Source: Thermoanaerobaculia bacterium (lineage in GTDB: Bacteria > Acidobacteriota > Thermoanaerobaculia > Multivoradales > UBA5704). From it: DNA of 35,677 bases. The DNA is taken from contig DATAHG010000450.1 in assembly GCA_036263295.1 (NCBI GenBank), positions 1-35,677 of the forward strand, read 5' to 3'. Made by a program: the position numbers and the translations under genes. Below the pieces are notes generated by a model. The model had not been told where the DNA came from. It saw only the letters and a list, made by a program, of their open reading frames with translations, and made no database searches. This document shows, piece after piece, positions 8,458 to 19,925 of the stretch (the stretch's first letter is position 1; every line of letters starts with the position of its first letter).

Positions 8458-10767
8458 CTAGCGCGGCGGGCCGCCGCCGTTGCCGCGCGGGCCCCGGTCG
8501 CCACCCCGTCCACCCCGATCGCCGCCGCGGCCACCGCGGTCGCCGCCCCGGCCGCCGCGATCCCCGCCGCGGCCACCCCGGTCGCGGTCGCCGCCGCGCG
8601 GGCCCCGGTCGCCGCCCCGATCACCCCCGCCGCCGGCCACGGCCATCTCCATGCCTTCGTACTGCGCCGGATCGTAATCGGGCGCCTCCATGATGACCGC
8701 CTTACGCGACAGCCGGACCTTGCCCTGGTCGTCGATGCTGATGACCTTGACGGTCATCTCGTCGCCTTCCTTGACGATGTCGGAGGCCTCGCGCACCCGG
8801 TACGGCGCCATCTCGCTGACGTGTACCAGACCGTCCGTCCCCGGCATGATCTCGACGAAGGCGCCGTAAGCCTCCACGCGGCGCACCTGGCCGGTGTAGA
8901 GCTTGCCGATCTCGGGAACCTCGGTGAGGCGCTCGATCATCGAGATCGCGCGCTTCGCCGCCGGCTCGTCCGGGGAGGCGATGACCACCTTGCCGTCGTC
9001 CTCGATCTCGATGTCGCAGCCGGTCTCCTCGATGATCGAGCGGATCGTCTTGCCACCGGGTCCGATGACGTCGCGGATCTTCTCCTTCGGGATATGGAGC
9101 GTGTAGAGCCGCGGCGCGAACTTCGAGATGTCGATGCGCGGCTGGGGGATCGCCCCCTCCATGATGCCGAGGATGTGCATGCGGCCGGCCCGGGCCTGCT
9201 CGAGGGCCTTCTGCATGATGCTGCGGGTCACGCCGATGATCTTGATGTCCATCTGCAGGGCGGTGATGCCCTGGCGCGTGCCCGCCACCTTGAAGTCCAT
9301 GTCGCCGTAGTGGTCTTCCTGACCGGCGATGTCGGACATCACCGCGAAGCTGTCCCCCTCGCCCTTGATGAGGCCCATGGCCACACCGGCGACCGGAGCG
9401 AGCAGCGGCACGCCGGCGTCGAACAGGGCGAGCGAGCCGCCGCACACCGTCGCCATCGACGACGAGCCGTTCGACTCCAGGATGTCGGAGACCACCCGGA
9501 TGGTGTAGGGGAACTCGTCCTCGTGCGGCAGGACCGGCAGGAGGGCGCGGCGCGCCAGCACGCCGTGGCCGATCTCGCGCCGGCCGGGGCCGCGCAGGAA
9601 CTTCACCTCGCCGACCGAGAAGGGGGGGAAGTTGTAGTGCAGCAGGAACTTCTGGATGCTCTCGCCCTCGTACTCCTCGATCACCTGGGCGTCGCGCCGG
9701 GTGCCGAGGGTAGCGGAGACCAGGGCCTGCGTCTCGCCGCGGGTGAACAGCGACGAGCCATGGGTGCGGGGCATGACCCCGACCTCGACGTCGATCTGCC
9801 GGATCTCGTCCAGCCGGCGGTTGTCGAAGCGGGTGCGCTCCTCCAGCACCACCTCGCGCAGGATCTCCTCCTCCAGGCGGCTGATGATCTTCTTGACCTG
9901 GCCGCGCTTCTCGGTCTGATCGGCCGGGATGGAGTCGGTATAACCCTTGACCACGGCGTTGACCGCGTCCTTGCGCTCGAACTTCTTCTTGGTGAAGAGA
10001 GCGCCCTTCAAGGAGGCGTGGAGGTCGCCCCGCACCTGCTGGTAGAGCGAGTCGGGGTAGGCCTCCGGCGGCGTCCAGGAGGGCTTCTGCTTGCTGCCCT
10101 CGCGGTAGAGCTCGTGCTGGGCCTTGATGATCTTCTGGATCTCGGTGTGGGCGCGCCAGATCGCCTCCAGGATGATCTCCTCGGAGACCTGGTTGGCGCC
10201 GGCCTCGACCATCACCACCGCCTCTTCCGTGCCGGCCACGACCAGGTCGAGGTCGGAGACGTCGCGCTGGCTGTTGGTCGGATTGATCAGGATCTCGCCG
10301 TCGATCAGCCCGACGCGCACCGCGCCGATCGGGTGATAGAAGGGGATCTCCGACAGCACCAGGGCGATCGAGGCGCCGTTGATGGCGAGGATGTCCGGAT
10401 CGTTCTCCTCGTCGGCCGACATGACCAGCCCGATGATCTGCGTCTCATTGGTGTACCCCTCGGGGAAGAGGGGGCGCAGCGGACGGTCGATCAGACGGGC
10501 GGTGATGATCTCCTTCTCCGTCGGGCGGCCTTCGCGCTTGAAGAAGCCGCCCGGGATTCGCCCGGCGGCGTAGGTGTACTCCTTGTAATCGACCGTGAGG
10601 GGGAGGAAGTCCCGCTCCAGGTTGACCTTGGAGTCCATGCAGGCGGTGGCCAGCACCACGGTGTCGCCATAGCGCAGCACGCAGGAGCCGTTGGCCTGCT
10701 TGGCGAGGTGCCCGGTCTCGATGATCAGGTTACCCCCGCCGATCGCAATCTCTTTGCGTTGCTTCAT
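8458..10767 (-). CDS. pnp: polyribonucleotide nucleotidyltransferase (PNPase) with an extra C-terminal Gly/Arg/Asp repeat tail
   Basis: Full-length PNPase architecture: two RNase PH domains, a KH domain ([11 protein letters not shown]) and an S1 domain ([17 protein letters not shown]). About 59 extra residues of GGDRGGRGG repeats follow. Confidence 0.95.
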   Translation of the reverse strand: MKQRKEIAIGGGNLIIETGHLAKQANGSCVLRYGDTVVLATACMDSKVNLERDFLPLTVDYKEYTYAAGRIPGGFFKREGRPTEKEIITARLIDRPLRPLFPEGYTNETQIIGLVMSADEENDPDILAINGASIALVLSEIPFYHPIGAVRVGLIDGEILINPTNSQRDVSDLDLVVAGTEEAVVMVEAGANQVSEEIILEAIWRAHTEIQKIIKAQHELYREGSKQKPSWTPPEAYPDSLYQQVRGDLHASLKGALFTKKKFERKDAVNAVVKGYTDSIPADQTEKRGQVKKIISRLEEEILREVVLEERTRFDNRRLDEIRQIDVEVGVMPRTHGSSLFTRGETQALVSATLGTRRDAQVIEEYEGESIQKFLLHYNFPPFSVGEVKFLRGPGRREIGHGVLARRALLPVLPHEDEFPYTIRVVSDILESNGSSSMATVCGGSLALFDAGVPLLAPVAGVAMGLIKGEGDSFAVMSDIAGQEDHYGDMDFKVAGTRQGITALQMDIKIIGVTRSIMQKALEQARAGRMHILGIMEGAIPQPRIDISKFAPRLYTLHIPKEKIRDVIGPGGKTIRSIIEETGCDIEIEDDGKVVIASPDEPAAKRAISMIERLTEVPEIGKLYTGQVRRVEAYGAFVEIMPGTDGLVHVSEMAPYRVREASDIVKEGDEMTVKVISIDDQGKVRLSRKAVIMEAPDYDPAQYEGMEMAVAGGGGDRGGDRGPRGGDRDRGGRGGDRGGRGGDRGGRGGDRGGRGGDRGPRGNGGGPPR
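8461..8637 (-). repeat. in-frame 21-nt (7-aa) tandem repeats encoding the (GGDRGGR)n tail of PNPase
   Basis: Protein tail: [58 protein letters not shown]. The DNA shows the corresponding GCCGCC/GGTCGCC periodicity. Confidence 0.9.
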
Positions 10768-10993
10768 TGTGTCCGTTCTCTCTTTTCTCTTTTTTCGTTT
10801 TCTCTTCCGTCTATTGCCTGCCTGGCTCCGGTCTGGAATGCCGTCTCGGGCTCAGAGCCCCGGTGGGGAAAGGCCCGTCAGGGCGCGAGGCTCGAAAGGG
10901 GGACGGACCCGGAGGGTCGATGTCGGGTCCCGAGCCTCTGGCGGGGGATGCCAGAGCGCTTCGGGACCTCTCGTCGGTGCCTGATCGGTGGGA
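10768..10993 (-). promoter_or_regulatory. rpsO-pnp intercistronic leader with a long hairpin (10926..10968) and a 44-nt U-free purine-rich tract (10768..10811)
   Basis: Minus-strand hairpin: GGUCCCGAAGCGCUCUGGC-loop-GCCAGAGGCUCGGGACC. Immediately before the pnp AUG lies GACGGAAGAGAAAACGAAAAAAGAGAAAAGAGAGAACGGACACA. Confidence 0.6.
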
Positions 10994-11263
10994 CTACTTG
11001 CGGATCCCGAGGCGCTCGATCGTCTTGCGATAGCGCTCCAGGTCCTTGCCCTTGAGGTAGTCGAGCAGGCGGCGGCGGCGGCCAACCAGCTTCAAAAGGC
11101 CGCGGCGGCTGTGGTGGTCCTTCGAATGAGTCTTGAAGTGCTCGGTCAGCTCCGTGATCCGGTTGGTCAGGAGCGCAATCTGCACCTCGGGCGAGCCGGT
11201 GTCGCTGTCGTGGACCCGGTAACCCTGAACGATCTGCTCTTTCACTTCTCTGGTTTGCGCCAA
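10994..11263 (-). CDS. rpsO: 30S ribosomal protein S15
   Basis: 89 aa with typical S15 sequence ([35 protein letters not shown]). The start is TTG, with AAGGAGG 8 nt upstream. Confidence 0.95.
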   Translation of the reverse strand: MAQTREVKEQIVQGYRVHDSDTGSPEVQIALLTNRITELTEHFKTHSKDHHSRRGLLKLVGRRRRLLDYLKGKDLERYRKTIERLGIRK

Positions 11264-11304
11264 AGCAAACTCCTCCTTACTCTACTCTTCCTTTACGAGG
11301 GCAC

Positions 11305-11313
11305 ATTGTACCA
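11305..11313 (-). promoter_or_regulatory. candidate extended -10 promoter (TGGTACAAT) for rpsO-pnp
   Basis: Minus strand reads TGgTACAAT about 42 nt upstream of the rpsO start, in the truB-rpsO spacer. There is no convincing -35, which is compatible with the extended -10 class. Confidence 0.4.
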
Positions 11314-11332
11314 CAGGGTCACAAGCGGCCGC

Positions 11333-12316
11333 TCAGCGGAACACCACGCGCGGCTGGACGATCCCGACTCCGGCGGTACCGATCCTTTCGACGACGGTGC
11401 CGACCGCGATGAACTCGTGGCGGCGGTTGACCAGCTTCACCCAGTCCCCCTCCTCCCCCTGGAGCTCGCGCACCAGCACGGTCTGGCCGTGGGCGATCCG
11501 ATGCTCCTGCTGGGGGTCGGCGGTGACCTCGGAGAAGGGGAGCGGGATCTGGTCGAACGGGATCCAGGTGGACCCCACCGGCCCCCCCTGGCTCACCGCC
11601 TCCTCCAGGGCCGGCAGCCGCAGGGCCGACTCGACCGCGAAGGAGCCGATGCGCGTCCGGCGCAGAGCCGCCAGGTGCGCCCCGGTGCCGAGCGCGACAC
11701 CGAGGTCGTGCGCCAGCCCGCGGGCATAGGTGCCGGACGAGCAACTCAGCCGGAAGGCCAGCCGCCCGTCCTCGATCTCGCCGATGGGGGAGAACTCGTA
11801 GACCGTGACGTCCTTGGTCTCCGCCGGCACCTCCTCGCCGCGGCGGGCGAGCTCGTAGTACTTGACCCCCTTGATCTTCTTGGCGGAGTAGGGGGGCGGC
11901 TGCTGCTCGATCTCCCCCTCGAAGCGGCGCATCGCCTCGGCGACCGCCGGCAGGGCGAGCGCCGCCACGGCCTCGGCCGGCGCCTCGGAAACCACCGTGC
12001 CCGAGGCGTCATAGGTGTCGGTGGTCACGCCGAAGCGGATCACCCCCTCGTAGACCTTGGGAGCGCGGATCAGGAAGCGGGTCAGCCGGGTCGCCGTCCC
12101 CAGAGTGAGGAGGAGGAGACCGGTGGCGTCCGGATCGAGGGTGCCGCAATGGCCGATCCGCTTCTGCTTGAGGATCCGCCGGGCGCGCTGCACCGCGTCG
12201 TGCGACGTGAACCCGGGCTCCTTGTCCAGAAGCAGAAGACCGTCCTTCAGCTCCAGGGCCTGCTTCCCCGTCTCCACCGGCATCTCGGCAGTCTCGGCCG
12301 ACATGGTGATCGCCAT
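11333..12316 (-). CDS. truB: tRNA pseudouridine(55) synthase TruB
   Basis: Motifs: LLLDKEPGFTSHD, catalytic HCGTLDPDATGLL, YSAKK, and a PUA-like C-terminus. The start lies 2 nt after the nrnA stop. Confidence 0.9.
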   Translation of the reverse strand: MAITMSAETAEMPVETGKQALELKDGLLLLDKEPGFTSHDAVQRARRILKQKRIGHCGTLDPDATGLLLLTLGTATRLTRFLIRAPKVYEGVIRFGVTTDTYDASGTVVSEAPAEAVAALALPAVAEAMRRFEGEIEQQPPPYSAKKIKGVKYYELARRGEEVPAETKDVTVYEFSPIGEIEDGRLAFRLSCSSGTYARGLAHDLGVALGTGAHLAALRRTRIGSFAVESALRLPALEEAVSQGGPVGSTWIPFDQIPLPFSEVTADPQQEHRIAHGQTVLVRELQGEEGDWVKLVNRRHEFIAVGTVVERIGTAGVGIVQPRVVFR

Positions 12317-12318
12317 GG

Positions 12319-13341
12319 TTATTGCGCCTCGACCGCCGGCTCGGGCTCGGGCTCCCCGGCGCCGGTGGGCAACGCCGCGACCAGATCCTCGACCACCTGC
12401 CGCCGCACGTCGGCCAGAGCGCCTTCGGCGGAGAAGCCGGCGGCGTTGCGGTGACCGCCGCCACCGTGATGGCGGGCGATGCGCTCGACGTCCACCTCGC
12501 CGCGGCTGCGCAGCGACACCTTGAGCGAGCCGTCGGGCTTCTGGCGGACCAGCGCCACGGCGTCCACCCCCGCGATGGAGCGCGGGTAGTCGATCAGCCC
12601 CTCGGAATCGCCCGGCGAGGCGCCGGCGCGGTCGAACATCTCCTTGGTCAGCAGGGCGGTCGCGACGCGGCCCCCCTCATGGACCTCGATGGTCGGCAGC
12701 ATCTCGCTCACCAGGCGCAGCACCGAGTGCGGCTGGCTCTCGTACAGCCACTGCGAGACCTGCTCGGGACGCGCCCCCTCCCGCACCAGGGCGGCGGCCG
12801 CCTCGAAGGCGACGGCCGTGGCGTTCGAGAAGCGGAAGCCGCCGGTGTCGGTGACCAGCGTCAGGTAGAGGCAGGCCGCGGTCTCGGGATCCAGATCGAG
12901 CTTCAGCGACTGGGCGAGCCGGTAGACCATCTCGCCCACGGCCGGAGCCGCCGAGTCCACCCAGTTGATCGCCCCGTAGAGCTGATTGCCCAGGTGGTGG
13001 TCGATGTTGATCACCGGCAGAGCCTTCAGGTGCGCCTCGATCCCCGTGCGGTCCGGGCTCGGGCACTCCAGCACGATGATGCCGTCGAACTTCTCGGGGA
13101 AGCCGGCGGGCGGCTCCTCCCCGGTATGGATACGGTCGCTGCCGGGCAGAGGCCGGTAGATGGACGGCGTCTCGTCCCGGTTCCACACCACGGCGCCCTT
13201 GCCAAGCCGGCGCAGAATCCGGGCGAGCCCGAGCTCCGAGCCGATGGCATCGCCGTCCGGGTTGACGTGGCTGGTCAGCAGAAAGCGATTGCTCTGCCGA
13301 ATTCGCCGTAGAAGATCTTCAGGAGCTTTCATCCCCGCCAT
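12319..13341 (-). CDS. nrnA: DHH/DHHA1 phosphoesterase (NrnA-like oligoribonuclease / pAp phosphatase)
   Basis: Motifs: SHVNPDGDAIGS, INIDHH, and DHHA1 motif GGGGHRNAAG. The start is uncertain: ATG at 13341 or 13332, or GTG at 13389. It overlaps the rbfA 3' end. Confidence 0.8.
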   Translation of the reverse strand: MAGMKAPEDLLRRIRQSNRFLLTSHVNPDGDAIGSELGLARILRRLGKGAVVWNRDETPSIYRPLPGSDRIHTGEEPPAGFPEKFDGIIVLECPSPDRTGIEAHLKALPVINIDHHLGNQLYGAINWVDSAAPAVGEMVYRLAQSLKLDLDPETAACLYLTLVTDTGGFRFSNATAVAFEAAAALVREGARPEQVSQWLYESQPHSVLRLVSEMLPTIEVHEGGRVATALLTKEMFDRAGASPGDSEGLIDYPRSIAGVDAVALVRQKPDGSLKVSLRSRGEVDVERIARHHGGGGHRNAAGFSAEGALADVRRQVVEDLVAALPTGAGEPEPEPAVEAQ

Positions 13342-13675
13342 GCAGACTCTCCAAGAGGTCAGAAATCTTCTGACTGTGCTCGGCCCCACGGTCGAGCTCG
13401 AAAACCAGCTCGGGAGTGTTGCGCAGCCGCAGCCGGCGAGCCAGCTCGGTGCGCAAAAACCCCCGGGCGTGGCGGAGAGCCTCGATGGCTCCCAGCCGCT
13501 CCGACTCCTCGCCCAGCGCCGAGATCAGGACCTGCGCGCGGCGAAAGTCGGAGGTGATCTGTACCTGCGTGACGCTGACGAGACGGATCCGGGGATCCTT
13601 GACCTCGCGCAGAATGAGATCCGACAGCTCCTGGCGCACCAGGTCGGCGACGCGATCGCTGCGTCGTTGGCTCAT
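13319..13675 (-). CDS. rbfA: ribosome-binding factor A
   Basis: 118 aa with the typical RbfA N-terminus (RVADLVRQELSDLILREVKDPRI, VSVTQVQITSD). Its ATG overlaps the DUF503 stop (ATGA). Confidence 0.9.
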   Translation of the reverse strand: MSQRRSDRVADLVRQELSDLILREVKDPRIRLVSVTQVQITSDFRRAQVLISALGEESERLGAIEALRHARGFLRTELARRLRLRNTPELVFELDRGAEHSQKISDLLESLHGGDESS

Positions 13676-13968
13676 CGCAGGACCTCCAGGATCTCGGGCT
13701 CCCAGCGGGTCAGGAAGGCTTCCGGCTCGCTCTCGACGAGGCTCCGGATCTCTTCCATCCAGTTGTCCATCTCACTCTCCCCGCCGGCCATGACGATCGC
13801 CAGGGCGATCTCGGCGCGCTGGTGCAGGTCGTGAAAGCCGGTCTCGGCGATCGACACCCGCCACTTCTGGTGGATGCGCTCGACCAGGGATTTGACCACC
13901 CTCCGCTTGTCCTTGAGACTGCGGGACGAGTGGAGGTGCAATTCGAAAACGGAAATTCCGACGATCAT
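13672..13968 (-). CDS. DUF503 (YlxP-like) protein
   Basis: The sequence MIVGISVFELHLHSSRSLKDKRRVVKSL..W..SIAETG is the characteristic DUF503 N-terminus. The gene occupies the conserved position between infB and rbfA. The start is taken at the internal ATG 13968. Confidence 0.75.
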   Translation of the reverse strand: MIVGISVFELHLHSSRSLKDKRRVVKSLVERIHQKWRVSIAETGFHDLHQRAEIALAIVMAGGESEMDNWMEEIRSLVESEPEAFLTRWEPEILEVLR

Positions 13969-14017
13969 CTCGATGCCCGCCCACCCACCTCTTCCGACGG
14001 CTTTCCCTTGCAATCCC

Positions 14018-14040
14018 GGAGCCGTGAAGAGCACGGCTCC
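14018..14040 (-). other. intercistronic hairpin downstream of infB
   Basis: GGAGCCGUG-cucuu-CACGGCUCC: a 9-bp perfect stem with no U-tract. Confidence 0.4.
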
Positions 14041-14079
14041 GAGATCATGGGGGAGGGCCGTCGAGGCAGGCCGCCGCCC

Positions 14080-17367
<3,288 letters not shown>

Positions 17368-17434
17368 AAATCTCCTCGAAAAAGCCTCTTTGAATACCTC
17401 TCCCGCCTTCGGCTCCGCCGTGACGCGGTCCCGC

Positions 17435-18988
<1,554 letters not shown>

Positions 18989-19022
18989 GATCCTCTTCTT
19001 CCTGTCCTCTGTCCGCGTTCGG

Positions 19023-19532
19023 CTACAACTCGATTTCCAACCGAGCCTGCCGGATAGTCTTCAAGCTCACGACGCTACGCTCGCCGGACTTCTCGTCCAG
19101 GAGCACCACCGCCGGGTCGCCACCGTCCGCTCCGTTCTCCTCGCCCCCGGGCCGGAACTCGTCCAGCCGCGCCACCACCGTCCGTTTCGTCCTCGTCTCG
19201 GGCTCCTGGATCGTCACCCGGGCCAGCTTGCCGACGAAACGCGCATAGTCGCGCGGCCCGTAGAGCTCCCGGTCGAGCCCCGGAGAGGAGACCTCGAGGA
19301 CATAACGGCTGGGGCCGAAATCCACGACGTCGAGGAGGGCGGAGACCTGCTTCGAAACATGCTGGCAGTCCGCCAGCGTCACCCCTTCTGGCTTGTCCAG
19401 GAAGATCCGCAGGATGTTCCCTTTGATCTCCGCCTGGACCAGCTCACAACCGGAGGCCGCCGCGATCTGCTCGAACTCGGTCCGAAGCTCGGGGCTGACG
19501 ACCCGCCCGGCCTTCGGCTTCGCTTGGGTCAC
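19023..19532 (-). CDS. rimP: ribosome maturation factor RimP
   Basis: RimP-like sequence (FEQIAAASGCELVQAEI..LRIFLDKPEGVTLADC..VS..LD, LEVSSPGLDREL). I prefer the GTG at 19532, with GAGG 8 nt upstream. The ORF-track TTG at 19565 lies inside the T-tract of a terminator. Confidence 0.85.
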   Translation of the reverse strand: MTQAKPKAGRVVSPELRTEFEQIAAASGCELVQAEIKGNILRIFLDKPEGVTLADCQHVSKQVSALLDVVDFGPSRYVLEVSSPGLDRELYGPRDYARFVGKLARVTIQEPETRTKRTVVARLDEFRPGGEENGADGGDPAVVLLDEKSGERSVVSLKTIRQARLEIEL

Positions 19533-19563
19533 TGTCGTCGCCTCGTACCAGCTCGTCTCCAAC

Positions 19564-19587
19564 AAAAAAAGTGGGCAGGATGCCCAC
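19564..19587 (-). terminator. intrinsic terminator / attenuator in the leader directly upstream of rimP
   Basis: Minus strand reads GUGGGCA-ucc-UGCCCAC followed by UUUUUUU. The U-tract ends about 30 nt before the rimP GTG. Confidence 0.7.
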
Positions 19588-19607
19588 TCCTATTCTGGCT
19601 CCCCCCC

Positions 19608-19866
19608 GGAGGGCGGGCCAGGACAAGCTGGCTGGGTGTCATTATAAGACACTGCAACCAAGGCCGCAAGTTGCAGCGGGGCAACGCCTTGAGGCGCCGG
19701 ACCTGTGTTGGGCACCCGTCCGGGCTCCCCGTGGTAAACCGGAGCGCGAGTCCCCCTTATTCCCGGGGGCGCCAGACGGGGGATCGCCGCTGCGTGGGGC
19801 CATCCGCGCCACAAGCATACATGGTTTCCAGGTGGCTGGCCGTTGCCGGCCTTCAGCCCGCCCCTC
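19608..19866 (-). ncRNA. unclassified, densely structured RNA element (candidate sRNA or long structured leader); strand assigned tentatively
   Basis: A chain of 8 or more perfect hairpins is enclosed by long-range pairing of 19608-19618 with 19856-19866. A GNRA loop (GGCCG-GCAA-CGGCC, 19838-19851) and G-U pairs exist only on the minus strand. A terminator follows on the minus strand. I could not confirm a match to any known RNA family by eye. Confidence 0.3.
19641..19669 (-). promoter_or_regulatory. possible sigma-70-type promoter (TTGCGG-17-TATAAT) for the rimP operon leader
   Basis: On the minus strand the -35 TTGCGG is at 19664-19669 and the -10 TATAAT at 19641-19646, with an exact 17-nt spacer. 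Caveat: the TATAAT is also the loop of a GUGUC/GACAC hairpin (19636-19652). Confidence 0.3.
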
Positions 19867-19925
19867 TTGACTCAAATCGATTCGCTTTTGTCACCTTGAT
19901 TAAAGAAGGGACAAGGAGGATTGAT

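Noticed and set aside
8480-8677. A 65-aa ORF encoding (PRSPPRP)n on the plus strand.
   Set aside because: It is the mirror image of the PNPase RGG-repeat coding sequence, so it is an antisense artefact.
8317-11055. Very long ORFs antisense to real genes. Examples: 8317..11055 opposite pnp, 13822..17523 opposite infB, 17054..19057 opposite nusA, 6333..8447 opposite the M48 gene, 22438..24327 opposite htrA, 24299..25708 opposite the NtrC-like gene, 27569..29122 opposite the ADOP permease, and 31850..33040 opposite the FecR gene.
   Set aside because: Their translations are Arg/Gly/Ala/Pro/Asp/His/Leu-rich low-complexity strings with no recognisable motifs. The opposite strand encodes unmistakable conserved proteins. 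Stop-free antisense frames are expected in GC-rich DNA with strong GC3 bias.
19562-19565. TTG start codon for rimP as given in the ORF track.
   Set aside because: It lies within the U7 tract of the leader terminator and has no SD. The GTG at 19532 with GAGG upstream fits the RimP N-terminus better.
19591-19620. A tRNA/tmRNA-like 3' end (…GGGGGGGAGCCA on the minus strand) and SRP-like fragments (GUUUACCA, CAGGUCCGG) in the rimP-upstream element.
   Set aside because: There is no T-loop (GGUUCGAAUCC type) and no D-arm or anticodon arm. There is also no GGAAGCAGC SRP domain IV motif.
19718-19745. RNase P RNA-like strings on the plus strand: GUCCGGGCUCC (like the P4 5' strand) and GGUAAACCGGAGC (like GGUAAAC..CCGGAGC).
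   Set aside because: The universally conserved GAGGAAAGUCCGGGC context is missing, as are the GGUGAAAGGGUG / GUAAGAGCGCACC blocks and the ACAGAACCCGGCUUA P4 3' strand. The element is also about 100 nt too short. I judge the similarity coincidental.
19833-19846. A sigma-54-like string TGGCTGGCCGTTGC upstream of the secreted-protein gene.
   Set aside because: The GG-to-GC spacing is one nucleotide too short relative to TGGCAC-N5-TTGC, and the string lies inside the GNRA hairpin of the structured element.
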